This document shows, one piece after another, positions 19,733 through 29,090 of a DNA stretch of 64,000 bases (position 1 is its first letter; every line of letters begins with the position of its first letter). Origin of the DNA: a candidate division WWE3 bacterium (GTDB lineage Bacteria > Patescibacteriota > WWE3 > UBA101185 > UBA10185); contig WJKK01000001.1 of the NCBI GenBank assembly GCA_014729135.1, forward strand, positions 325,462-389,461, in the 5' to 3' direction. The notes under the pieces were generated by a model. It did no database searches and had not been told where the DNA came from. It worked only from the letters and a program-made list of their open reading frames with translations. The position numbers were made by a program, and so were the translations under genes.

Positions 19733-20962
19733 ATGATTAAGCTGCCTTTCCTCAACCTCAGAAAAAACAAAAATCAATCCGAAAACTTTTTGGCAATATA
19801 TCCCGAACCCTTCAAAGTACAGGTGGCTTATTTTGAAGCTGCTAACCCTCCCACGGATGAAGTTCCGCAGGCTCAACTAATTAGCGCTGTCTCAAAGTTT
19901 ATGCCGGAAGATTCCCTATTTCATGCAGGCGATCACTTTAATCAAACTCTGGAAACTACAGAAGCTATTCTGGATGAAATGGCGCAGGAGTATCCCGATT
20001 TACCCACGCAAGTGATATTTGGTCTATCTTCTGATCATTGTATAGATCTAATGTCAATTGCCCGCTTGGAGAATCAAACAAAAAAGCGATTTACGCAGGA
20101 GCAGGTAGAAGAACTAGCTACTCAAGCGCAAAAGAACGCTTCGTTTAGGGCACAGGACATATTGGCAACTCAAAAAGGCGATACGGATACAGACTTGGAG
20201 CTTATAACTTCCGTGGATATTTTTAAAAAGATAGATGGCGCTGTTACGCGGGATCCCATTGGCTTAGAAGGCAAAGAGTTGGAATTTTCGTGGTTTGGTT
20301 CTTTTGCGGAGGCTCCCTATCTTAGGTACCTTCAGAATCTTGCAAAAAAACTGGGCTTAGACATATTGACCGTTTCTTCCCTATCTTATTCCTTTTACAG
20401 CAGCCTACAGGAGCTGGACTCTAATTATCGAAATTGCGTGGTCATCAACTTGGGAACTTCCTTAACGGAGGTGTCTGTGGCTTTTGGGGGAGGCTTAGTA
20501 GGCTCCCGCTTTATTAACATGGGCTTAATTTCTATTTTGAAGCAGATTTCAGCCAAGCTGGAACTGCATTATGAAGAGACTGAACGGGTTTTAGAAAAAT
20601 ATCGCGAAGGTACGCTGGATTCTTCTATCGCAGTAGAAGTTCAAAAAATAGTTCGTCGTTTTTTTGTGGTTTGGTCGCAAGCTTTAAACATGGTTTTCTC
20701 GGATTTTACGGGAATCAAAACTTTCTCTTCACGCGTCCTCTTGGTAGGGCCGGGTTTTGACATTCCCGATTTGGTTGAGCTAACTTCCGTTGAGCCCTGG
20801 TTTAAGTCGATCCCTTTTAAAGCCCCTCCCGAATTTGAAAAAGCCTTAGCCTCGGGTAAACTAACAGAGGTTACGGATATCTCAGGAAAGTCCTCTAAGC
20901 TTTCATGGACGCTTCCCTTGTCGCTTGCTCATGTTTATTTTAAGTTGGAAGAGGACGCTTAG
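19733..20962 (+). CDS. Divergent FtsA/PilM-like actin-fold protein
   Basis: IDG...DPIGLEGKELE (FtsA 1C region), VVINLGTSLTEVSV, MGLISI...ISAKLEL...E; ATP motifs degenerate. Confidence 0.7.
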   Translation: MIKLPFLNLRKNKNQSENFLAIYPEPFKVQVAYFEAANPPTDEVPQAQLISAVSKFMPEDSLFHAGDHFNQTLETTEAILDEMAQEYPDLPTQVIFGLSSDHCIDLMSIARLENQTKKRFTQEQVEELATQAQKNASFRAQDILATQKGDTDTDLELITSVDIFKKIDGAVTRDPIGLEGKELEFSWFGSFAEAPYLRYLQNLAKKLGLDILTVSSLSYSFYSSLQELDSNYRNCVVINLGTSLTEVSVAFGGGLVGSRFINMGLISILKQISAKLELHYEETERVLEKYREGTLDSSIAVEVQKIVRRFFVVWSQALNMVFSDFTGIKTFSSRVLLVGPGFDIPDLVELTSVEPWFKSIPFKAPPEFEKALASGKLTEVTDISGKSSKLSWTLPLSLAHVYFKLEEDA

Positions 20963-20974
20963 TTTTTTACGGGA

Positions 20975-22555
20975 ATGATTTACGAAGTTGCAAAAAATAA
21001 AGACATATATACGCTCCTTTCTGAGTTAGCTACTCGAGGCGAAAGGGATTTGGAGGTTTTTATTCCGGAAGGTGCCTTAATTTTACAAAACAAATTGAAT
21101 TTGCAGTTTTTGTCGGATAGTTTAGAGAAGTTAGGTAAGTCTGTAACCTTTGAGACGGATGATCCAAGGGGGGTAGAGCTTTTGTCTAACATTACAACAG
21201 CGGGTGCAACTGATTATGGAGAGGCTTATGCTTCTTCCGGAGAAGATCAGACTTCTCCATTTTCTCAAGGCATTTTTGCAAAAATTCAGGGAGCACTTCC
21301 TTCTGTTAAGGCTCCTAAAATGCCAAAAATATCGCTCCCCTTATCTCGTTCAGAAGGCAATTCAGGTTTTCGTTTTAAACTAAATTTCATCTTTTTAGGA
21401 ATTGCTGCAGCTGTAATAATTGTTTTAACTTATGGAGTCTATCGCTATGTGTCTTCGCAAAAGGCTTATATAAAAATTGTTACTAAATCTGAGCCCATGG
21501 CGCGAAGTCTGACAATTAGAGTGGATTCTCAGCAGGCCACAAACATAGAGAATAAGATTTTGGAAGGCCGGGACATTTCTACAAGTTTGTTTGAAACGGC
21601 GGAAATTGAAACAACAGGGGAAAAGGTGGTGGGCGAATATGCAGAGGGTGAGATTACGCTTTTTAATGGTACTGAGGAGGAAATTGAGCTTGATGAGGGT
21701 ACTTTGGTTGAGTATAAGGAGGATGATGAGGATTTGGCCTTTGAGTTACAGGATGATGTTACGATTCCGGGCTTTACCTATGAAGTAGCTGAGGATCCAA
21801 CAAGTGACCGCATTTTAGGGGAGGCTTCTGTTTTAGTTAAAGCGGTGAACTATGGTGAGGATTACAACATTTCTGAAGGTGAAATCTTAGAGTTTGACGA
21901 CTACAAAAAGTCTGAACTGGTAGCTAAGTCAAAGGAAGATTTTAAGGGAGGCAGCAGTGAGACAGTTGCTATTGTTTCCGAAGAGGATGTGACCAATTTA
22001 AAAACGGAGGTGGCTAAGGTTTTGGAGGAGAAGGCTGATTCTGCTTTAAAGGATGCAGTTCCCGAAGATTACAAAATGATAGATGGTTCCATGACTTCAG
22101 TTTTGGGTGACTTTGAAATTGATCAAGAAGTAGGTGATGAGGCTGAAAAGATTTCAATTAAGCAGTCGGCTACAGTAACAGGGCTTGCTTATGCCGAGAA
22201 AAAACTGGATCAGTTGATTATGCAGATTGTCGGGGAGTATGTTCCCGATGAGTACGCCCTTTCCGGAACTAAGCACACTTTAAATGTAGAGGTTCTTGGT
22301 GAAACGGAAGATACGGTCTTGAGTGCTACAACGGCAGATTTGCAGGTGACGGTTAAGACTTCGGTGGTTCCTGATATAGATGTTTCAGCTTTAAAGGAGG
22401 AGCTTCAAGGCAAATCTTTGGATGAAGTTCAGCGCCATTTAGGAAGCATGCGCAGTGTGTCTACATATGAATTTAGTTTATCCCCTCCGGTTCCCTTTAA
22501 GACCAATGTTCCCTCTGATACAAATCGCATATTAGTGGAAATTGAGTCGGAGTAG
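20975..22555 (+). CDS. Single-pass membrane protein with baseplate-J/gp47-like extracytoplasmic domain
   Basis: N-terminal IPEGALILQNKLNL domain, TM at about aa 136-156, then TTGEK..GEYAEGEITLFN, A..YGEDYNI, FKGGS..TV..V...D as recalled for this CPR family. Confidence 0.7.
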   Translation: MIYEVAKNKDIYTLLSELATRGERDLEVFIPEGALILQNKLNLQFLSDSLEKLGKSVTFETDDPRGVELLSNITTAGATDYGEAYASSGEDQTSPFSQGIFAKIQGALPSVKAPKMPKISLPLSRSEGNSGFRFKLNFIFLGIAAAVIIVLTYGVYRYVSSQKAYIKIVTKSEPMARSLTIRVDSQQATNIENKILEGRDISTSLFETAEIETTGEKVVGEYAEGEITLFNGTEEEIELDEGTLVEYKEDDEDLAFELQDDVTIPGFTYEVAEDPTSDRILGEASVLVKAVNYGEDYNISEGEILEFDDYKKSELVAKSKEDFKGGSSETVAIVSEEDVTNLKTEVAKVLEEKADSALKDAVPEDYKMIDGSMTSVLGDFEIDQEVGDEAEKISIKQSATVTGLAYAEKKLDQLIMQIVGEYVPDEYALSGTKHTLNVEVLGETEDTVLSATTADLQVTVKTSVVPDIDVSALKEELQGKSLDEVQRHLGSMRSVSTYEFSLSPPVPFKTNVPSDTNRILVEIESE

Positions 22556-22561
22556 CTTATT

Positions 22562-22990
22562 ATGGCGGTATCTTCTACATCTTCAGCCCCCGGTATTTTA
22601 GGTATAGATTATGGGGAAACTAATATTGGTTTAGCCTTTGGGAGGGGCGGTATGGTTACTCCTTTGAGGGTTGTTTCGGGGAAAAATGACAATACGGCTG
22701 TTTCTGCAATTGGAAGAGTAGCAAAGGAATATAAAGTTGCCCGTTTTGTTGTGGGTTTGCCCCTGACAGTTGAGGGAAAGGAAACTCCGCAATCTTTGAA
22801 GGTGCGCAAGTTTGTTAAGGTTTTAAAGTCTCAGTTGAAGTTGCCGGTGGACTTGGTTAGTGAACATTCCACTTCTAAGGGTGCTGTTAAGGTTATGTTA
22901 AACGCAGGAGTTTCGCAAAAGCGTCGTCGAACTAAGGATCACTATTCAGCTGCTATTATTTTACGAAGGTATTTTAGAAATCGTACTTAG
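22562..22990 (+). CDS. ruvX: YqgF/RuvX family nuclease
   Basis: ILGIDYGETNIGLA, VVGLP, E..TS, D..SAAIIL. Confidence 0.9.
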   Translation: MAVSSTSSAPGILGIDYGETNIGLAFGRGGMVTPLRVVSGKNDNTAVSAIGRVAKEYKVARFVVGLPLTVEGKETPQSLKVRKFVKVLKSQLKLPVDLVSEHSTSKGAVKVMLNAGVSQKRRRTKDHYSAAIILRRYFRNRT

Positions 22991-23028
22991 TTTTTTACGG
23001 AAGTTTTGTTTTAGGCTTTTTTAGAAGT

Positions 23029-23316
23029 TTACGCAGCTTTTGCCTCTTCTTCAGGTTCCTTCTCTTTCTCAAAAGTTAACGTAACGTTCTTATTCCCGCA
23101 AAGATCGCAGATGAAATTTTCCCCCGGGTTTAAGCACTGTGGGCACATGTAAACTCCCTCTTTATAGATGAGTTGATCATGCTCGCAAACATTACAAGCA
23201 AAAATGACGTCATCTTGAGTTAAAACGCCACAATCCGGACAGGTAAAAACTGCTGTTTTACTGCCTAAAACTTCTTCTTCGTCTTCATAGTCTTCGTGTA
23301 TGTGTATATCTACCAT
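23029..23316 (-). CDS. Small Zn-ribbon protein
   Basis: Four CxxC pairs; TAGACT 6 nt before ATG. Confidence 0.75.
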   Translation of the reverse strand: MVDIHIHEDYEDEEEVLGSKTAVFTCPDCGVLTQDDVIFACNVCEHDQLIYKEGVYMCPQCLNPGENFICDLCGNKNVTLTFEKEKEPEEEAKAA

Positions 23317-23373
23317 GATTTAAGTCTACACAAAAACTTTGACGCCTTCAATAGCCTCTGCTAATCTTGAGGT

Positions 23374-23553
23374 GTGCAATTCTTAACCTCCATTTTATAT
23401 GTCTATTTAGGTTTGGGCTTTATCTATGGCCTTTATGTAACCTTTGCCGGAAACGGAAAATGGTACACATTTCCAATTAACGTTTTAGGGGGGCCTATTG
23501 TTGTAGTTATCATCCTTTATAAGTCATTAACCGGTAGAAAGTTCCACGTTTAA
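23374..23553 (+). CDS. 59-aa two-TM membrane protein, absent from the ORF track
   Basis: GTG start 6 nt after TGcTAATCT; MQFLTSILYVYLGLGFIYGLYVTFAGNGKWYTFPINVLGGPIVVVIILYKSLTGRKFHV; stop 1 nt before the HAD start. Confidence 0.7.
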   Translation: MQFLTSILYVYLGLGFIYGLYVTFAGNGKWYTFPINVLGGPIVVVIILYKSLTGRKFHV

Positions 23554-23554
23554 A

Positions 23555-24310
23555 ATGTATAAGCAGTTTTTTTCAGGTAAGAAGGCGGTCTTTTTTGATT
23601 TGGATGGTACTTTGGTTGATACTACTCCTGTTTGGGATGCAGCTATGGCGGAGGCTCTAGGGAATTTGAATTTCCAGTGGCGAGGGGCTAATTTTATTGG
23701 GGGTAAGGGTCTGGCGAAGACATGGACAGAGTATTTGGATTATGAGGGCTATGATCCGGGAGTTTCTATTTCTGAGTTGGTGAAGCAAACAAAGGATAAG
23801 TTTATTAAGCACTTGAAGGATTCCGAAATTGATGTGCGTAAGGGTTTTTGGCCTTTTACCGTGCAATTACAGGAGCAGCTTGATATGAAGCTGGCGATGG
23901 TTACTAATACGGATAAGGAGGTAGCGGAGGCGATTTTAAAATATTTGGGGCTTTCCAATGCGTTTGATTTAAAGGTTTTTGGTGACGATGTTAAAAAGAA
24001 AAAGCCTAATCCCGAGATTTATAAGTTGGCAATTAAGCAGTTAAATTTAAGCCCAAAAGATGTTTTGGTCTTTGAGGATTCTCCTGAAGGGGCAAAAGCT
24101 GCTGCTAAGGCCGGAACGGATTTGATCGTGGTTTGGGATTGGCGTAAGTACGCGGAAAAGGAGTTTCCGCGAAAAGCGTTAGTTTTTATTCAGGATTTTT
24201 CTGCGTTTCCGGGTCATTTAGACAAGACTTATCTGGAGGCTTTTAAGGAAGCCAAAGAAGCTCGCGAATCCAAAGAAGCAGAAAAAGCCAAGGAAGAAGT
24301 CTCTGAGTAA
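23555..24310 (+). CDS. HAD-superfamily phosphatase (beta-PGM-like)
   Basis: FDLDGTLVDT, VTN, KPNPEIY, FEDS. Confidence 0.92.
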   Translation: MYKQFFSGKKAVFFDLDGTLVDTTPVWDAAMAEALGNLNFQWRGANFIGGKGLAKTWTEYLDYEGYDPGVSISELVKQTKDKFIKHLKDSEIDVRKGFWPFTVQLQEQLDMKLAMVTNTDKEVAEAILKYLGLSNAFDLKVFGDDVKKKKPNPEIYKLAIKQLNLSPKDVLVFEDSPEGAKAAAKAGTDLIVVWDWRKYAEKEFPRKALVFIQDFSAFPGHLDKTYLEAFKEAKEARESKEAEKAKEEVSE

Positions 24311-24372
24311 TAGCTCCCGGTTGTGGTATCCCCTACCCTAAATTAATTAGTTCATCCCTCGCTTTGACTACC

Positions 24373-24648
24373 TCAAATTAGTTCTAATTCTTCAAGCAGG
24401 TCCCTGATTACAGGTTTGTCTTTATACCCAATGAAATCAATCTTCATTTGCGGATATTGTTCTTTTAACTTTTTTACAAACTCATCAATAAAGGAAGGAC
24501 TCATAACCTCAACTTCTTTAAAGTCAAGAATGGTGCTATCTCTCTCATCTTTTTGTTCTATTATTTGTTTTGCCCTTAAGGCAGCCTCCGCTCCAAAGGG
24601 GCGGCTATTTAGGATTTTTCCGAATTTTCTGAGCTTAATAGTGACCAT
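24373..24648 (-). CDS. STAS-like domain protein (DUF4325)
   Basis: L.SR..G, ILDFKEVEVMSPSFIDE with the conserved Ser. Confidence 0.8.
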   Translation of the reverse strand: MVTIKLRKFGKILNSRPFGAEAALRAKQIIEQKDERDSTILDFKEVEVMSPSFIDEFVKKLKEQYPQMKIDFIGYKDKPVIRDLLEELELI

Positions 24649-24651
24649 AAA

Positions 24652-25437
24652 TTAATTATAGAATAACATGAGTTTTACTATAGTGCCCGTAATTTTCGGG
24701 ACTTTTCTTTTCACCATTCTCTTTTTTGACACTATGGCAAGTCCTGCGCCGGAGTGAATTACCAGATTTCCCGAAAAGTTATTTAGGGTCCATTTTTGAA
24801 TAAGTTTTAATCCGTTGCCGCGTGTCTCTCCTACTCTTCCCGAGATGCCTTGCAATCCTTTTTCTATTGCTGCCAGATCATCCTTAATCTTAGGAAACAC
24901 GCTGCTTAATGATTTTTTAAATCCTACACCAAAGTCCATGACAACGATCTCTAGCATCTTTTGCTTTGGATCATTTTTTCCAAATATAATGCATCCAATG
25001 TTTCCTGTTGGCCACATCCCCAAATTATGATCGAAAACATTGTTTCCCAACTCCCCTAATAACGCGGTTATTCTACTGGCATCATCTTTTTTAATTCCCC
25101 AATTCTGATAAATTTGGTAAAAGTTGCCTAGTCGAGCGTTAAATACGTCGCTAGTGGGGCAGTGTGATACTTTTTGAAAATTTCTATCTTTTTCTTGGCT
25201 GTATCTTGAGGCAAATTCACACCGTATAAGCTTGTCAATCTCTAATGATGTAATCAATTTGGAAGTTGATTTTCCCTCAGGCACAACTAAACTTTTTGGT
25301 GTTTTTCTCTCATCTAGAAGTATGTGTAGAAGCAACGTTACTTTCCAGACGTTCGGAGTTTTTACGTTTAATGTTATTTTGTTTTGCCGTTGTAGAGTTT
25401 CAAAATCAGTGTACGCATTTAATATATCTTTACACAT
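24652..25437 (-). CDS. GHKL/HATPase_c ATP-binding protein (anti-sigma kinase-like)
   Basis: N box ELGNNVFDH, G1 DFGVG, G2 RGNGL; no HisKA domain. Confidence 0.8.
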   Translation of the reverse strand: MCKDILNAYTDFETLQRQNKITLNVKTPNVWKVTLLLHILLDERKTPKSLVVPEGKSTSKLITSLEIDKLIRCEFASRYSQEKDRNFQKVSHCPTSDVFNARLGNFYQIYQNWGIKKDDASRITALLGELGNNVFDHNLGMWPTGNIGCIIFGKNDPKQKMLEIVVMDFGVGFKKSLSSVFPKIKDDLAAIEKGLQGISGRVGETRGNGLKLIQKWTLNNFSGNLVIHSGAGLAIVSKKRMVKRKVPKITGTIVKLMLFYN

Positions 25438-25553
25438 TGTTACAATTATTGCACACAAACAAATAATAGTAAAGAGTATTGTAATGATTTTCCGAGACTG
25501 CTTTCATCTGTTCTGTTGGTTAGTGTTTTTTTATAGAATGTTATAATCCCGCT

Positions 25554-26759
25554 GTGACAGGCATATATTCACCAACAAAATTTTATATAGAAACCTTGGG
25601 TTGTCAGGCAAATGAAGCTGATTCAGTGCGCATGACTCATTTACTGGAGTCTTTGGGACTTGAGCCAACAAAGGATTTTACAAAGGCCGATATGTTTATT
25701 GTTAACTCTTGTTCAGTTCGTCAAAAGAGTGAGGATAAAGTTTACGGTTGGGCTCGCAAAATTAATCAGCTTTCTAAGAAACCCTTTGTAGTTTTAGCCG
25801 GTTGCATGGTGGGTTCTGTAAAAGGTGACCGAACACGTTATTCTTTTAAAGAGCTGGAAGATCGTACGCTTTGGGTTGATTTGTATTTGAGCCCGGAGGA
25901 GCTGTTTAAACTCCCGCGTTACTTGCAGGAGGCAGGGATTTTGCCGGATCCGCCGGGAAAGGCGCCTTCACAAGAGTCTTCACCGGATGCTAGTGCCTCA
26001 AAAACGTCGTCCCTAAAAGACTCTCCCATTTTTGTAGACGATAAAACAGGATATGTGAATATTTCCTATGGTTGCGATAATTTTTGCACTTATTGTGTGG
26101 TTCCTTATGCTCGAGGAGAGGAGGTTTCACGTTCAAAAGATGAGATCTTACAAGAGGTGAAAATTCTTTTAGATAAAGGAATTACTCATATTACATTGTG
26201 CGGTCAAAATGTAAATTCGTGGGGTCTTTCATCCGAAAAAAAGCGCCAAATTAGGATAGGGGATGACAACAAGCTTCCTTTTGCGCAGCTGCTGCGAGAA
26301 GTGCATGATCTTGCGGGAATTGAAAAGCTTACGTTTTTGTCATCTAATCCGTTTGATTTCACAAAAGATTTAATTGAAGCCATAAAATTACCAAAAATTG
26401 ATGATTACCTCCATATTGCAGTTCAATCTGGAAATAACGACGTTCTTGCGCGAATGAATAGGCGACATACTATTGAGGAATTTTTAGACCTTGTTACTCA
26501 AATTAAAAAAGCGCGCCCTTCTGTAGAGTTAGGCACTGATGTCATAGTGGGCTTCCCCCAAGAAACTCGTGAACAATTTATGGATACGGTTAATCTTTTT
26601 AAGCAGGTTAAATTTAATGTAGCCTTTATTGCTATGTATTCCCCTCGAAAAGGAACAGCTGCCGAAAAAATGTTTGAAGATGATGTTCCCCTAAAGGAGA
26701 AGAAATGGCGTCATGCTTATTTAACAAAGGTTTGGAGGGAAAATAAGCCTTCAAGATGA
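25554..26759 (+). CDS. miaB: tRNA methylthiotransferase MiaB, no TRAM domain
   Basis: TLGCQAN, NSCSVR, radical-SAM CDNFCTYC, VQSG, IVGFP; adjacent to miaA. Confidence 0.9.
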   Translation: MTGIYSPTKFYIETLGCQANEADSVRMTHLLESLGLEPTKDFTKADMFIVNSCSVRQKSEDKVYGWARKINQLSKKPFVVLAGCMVGSVKGDRTRYSFKELEDRTLWVDLYLSPEELFKLPRYLQEAGILPDPPGKAPSQESSPDASASKTSSLKDSPIFVDDKTGYVNISYGCDNFCTYCVVPYARGEEVSRSKDEILQEVKILLDKGITHITLCGQNVNSWGLSSEKKRQIRIGDDNKLPFAQLLREVHDLAGIEKLTFLSSNPFDFTKDLIEAIKLPKIDDYLHIAVQSGNNDVLARMNRRHTIEEFLDLVTQIKKARPSVELGTDVIVGFPQETREQFMDTVNLFKQVKFNVAFIAMYSPRKGTAAEKMFEDDVPLKEKKWRHAYLTKVWRENKPSR

Positions 26760-27682
26760 AGATTCCTGTTATTTTAGGGCCAACCTCCACAGGTAAGACA
26801 AGTCTCTCTATAGATTTGTGCAAAAAGCTAGGCGGTCAAATAATTTCGGCAGATTCTCGCCAGGTCTATAAACACATGGATGTAGGTACAGGGAAGATTC
26901 CGGTTGCTAAGGATGTTTCCTATGAAAAGCACGATAAGTTTTGGATTCTGGAGGGTATGAAGGTTTGGGGCTATGACGTTGTAACCCCTGATACGAATTT
27001 TTCAGCTTACGATTTTGCTAAGTTTGGTCTTGAAAAGGCTAGGACTGCTATAGATATAGGCATGATTCCTGTTATTACAGGAGGAACCGGTTTATACATA
27101 GACTTTTTAACCGGTAGAATTACGGATTTAGCCGGACCGCCTGATTTAAACTTACGTAAAAAGTTGGAGCAAAAAGGTTTAAAAGAGCTTCAGGAAGAGG
27201 TGACGTCGTTAAATATAGAGCTAAATAATTCGGATTTTCACAACAAGTATCGTCTGGTTCGCATTCTAGAGCGTCAAAAAAACCCAAACCCCTCTCCCCC
27301 ACTCCCCTATTTGAAAAATGTTGATTACGTTTTTATGGGTTTAACAGCTTTCAGGGATTTTTTGTATTCTCGAGTTGATTCCTGGACTGACTCTATTTGG
27401 CATAATGACAAAATCTTAAAAGAAGTTCAGGATTTGATTAATCTCGGCTATAAAGACTCCCCTAAATTACACGGGCTTGTTTATGAAAATGCTCTAGCTC
27501 ATTTGCAAGGCAAAAAATCCCGTGAAGAAGCCATCCAAAGAACTAGATTTAACTTGCATGCTTATGTGCGTAGACAGCAAACCTACTTTAAGCGAAATAA
27601 AGGTATAAAATGGTTTGATATAGAGCAAGACAATTACGTTCAAAACCTTTATAATTATTTTAAGAGCCACAGGGAAGCCTAA
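26756..27682 (+). CDS. miaA: tRNA dimethylallyltransferase
   Basis: GPTSTGKT, ISADSRQVY, GGTGLY, YVRRQQTYF. Confidence 0.95.
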   Translation: MKIPVILGPTSTGKTSLSIDLCKKLGGQIISADSRQVYKHMDVGTGKIPVAKDVSYEKHDKFWILEGMKVWGYDVVTPDTNFSAYDFAKFGLEKARTAIDIGMIPVITGGTGLYIDFLTGRITDLAGPPDLNLRKKLEQKGLKELQEEVTSLNIELNNSDFHNKYRLVRILERQKNPNPSPPLPYLKNVDYVFMGLTAFRDFLYSRVDSWTDSIWHNDKILKEVQDLINLGYKDSPKLHGLVYENALAHLQGKKSREEAIQRTRFNLHAYVRRQQTYFKRNKGIKWFDIEQDNYVQNLYNYFKSHREA

Positions 27683-27686
27683 AAAT

Positions 27687-28691
27687 ATGGGGAAAGAAAT
27701 TGTTATTTCAGTAAAAACAATCTTAATAAGTTTGGGAATTTTGGCAGGCCTCTATGTCACTTATGAATTGCGAGGGGTTTTGGCTATTTTGCTTATTGCT
27801 GTGCTTTTGGTCATTTCAATTGAACCTGCTGTCAAGTATTTCTCAACAATTACCGTTTTAAACAAGCCTTTATCTCGAAGTGCTGCCGTTTTTATAGTCT
27901 ATGCTTTGTTAATTTTGATTTTAGCTTTAACTTTCACTACGGCTGTTCCTATGTTGGTGAATCAGTCGCAAAGTTTTGTTGAGAATTTTTCCTACTTGTT
28001 TTCAAACGTTAAAATAGCCGGTCAAAGTGTTTTAGAGTATTTGAGCTTTTTAAATGTTTTGGAAGAGCTTACAAAGGAGCGAAGTTTGTCCTCTATTGTT
28101 TTGAACTCGGTTTCCTTTGTAATGAGCTTGTTTACGTTGGTAGTTGTTTCAATTTACATGTCACTGGATTGGGCAAATATTAAGGAGCGCTTTTTGGTTT
28201 TGTTTAGAGGAAAAGCGCGTCAAGATGCCAACGAGGTTATTCATGAAATAGAGCATGAAGTAGGCGCTTGGGTGAAGGGTCAGTTGATTTTGATGCTGGC
28301 AGTAGGACTTTCCAGTTTTGTTGGTTTTCTTTTAGCAGGAATAAGTTATCCGGTGGCTTTGGGTTTTATTGCCGCGGTTTTAGAAATTGTTCCTTTATTA
28401 GGTCCCTTTTTTACGGCAGTGATAGCTGTAGCAGTGGCTTTGGCGCAATCCCCTGTAAAGGCAGCTTTAGCGTTGGGAATTTCAATTGCAATTCAGCAGT
28501 TGGAAAATAACTTTTTAGTTCCCAAAATTATGCAGAAAGTGTCGGGTTTTAGTCCTCTCGTTATTTTAATTGCTTTGCTTGTTGGTACGGAGTTTTTTGA
28601 TGTTCTAGGAGCTCTGCTAGCAGTTCCTGTAACTATGATTTTGCGCATTCTGTTTGTACGTTTTGTGCATTACCCCCATTTAGAGGAGTAA
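27687..28691 (+). CDS. AI-2E family transporter
   Basis: Multi-TM; WVKGQL, IQQLENNFLVPKIM, GALLAVP. Confidence 0.9.
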   Translation: MGKEIVISVKTILISLGILAGLYVTYELRGVLAILLIAVLLVISIEPAVKYFSTITVLNKPLSRSAAVFIVYALLILILALTFTTAVPMLVNQSQSFVENFSYLFSNVKIAGQSVLEYLSFLNVLEELTKERSLSSIVLNSVSFVMSLFTLVVVSIYMSLDWANIKERFLVLFRGKARQDANEVIHEIEHEVGAWVKGQLILMLAVGLSSFVGFLLAGISYPVALGFIAAVLEIVPLLGPFFTAVIAVAVALAQSPVKAALALGISIAIQQLENNFLVPKIMQKVSGFSPLVILIALLVGTEFFDVLGALLAVPVTMILRILFVRFVHYPHLEE

Positions 28692-28704
28692 TTGACGAAA
28701 AATA

Positions 28705-29048
28705 CAGGAAGTCATAAGCCGGATTCTGTACTAAGGAATCATCTATCTTAACTCCATCTTCGTGCCGTACCGCCAAAGACGGTTCGTCGGGTTAACTCAA
28801 CGGCAACTTCGTGGATTGCTGCAGGTGGGATTGCCCGTTTCACGCTTCAACCATATCCGAAGACTTAGGCCAAAGATCGTCTCTGTTGCTCTCAGAGCGC
28901 GTCAATTCGCCCTCTGTTCCTCCCTCGTTTCCAGGGGAAGACACCAGCGTTTATGAATTATACGTCGGGGGTTGCCCCCCATCCCTTTACCCTCTGCAGT
29001 CCGGACTTTCCTCCCCGCCATATAGGCAAGGCGATTCCTGACTTCCTG
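28705..29048 (-). ncRNA. rnpB: RNase P RNA
   Basis: Minus strand has GAGGAAAGUCCGGAC and ACAGAAUCCGGCUUAU; P1 caggaagtca/tgacttcctg; P2 ggaatc/gattcc; GCAACAGAGA; TGgTAGAAT promoter at 29057-29065. Confidence 0.96.
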
Positions 29049-29090
29049 CAACCCATATTCTACCATCAGTTTCTGTGATATCATAGCGAT

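Noticed and set aside
20975-22555. Prophage or contractile injection system suggested by the baseplate-J-like gene
   Set aside because: No sheath, tube, spike, capsid, terminase or integrase genes; the protein has a TM anchor and housekeeping neighbours
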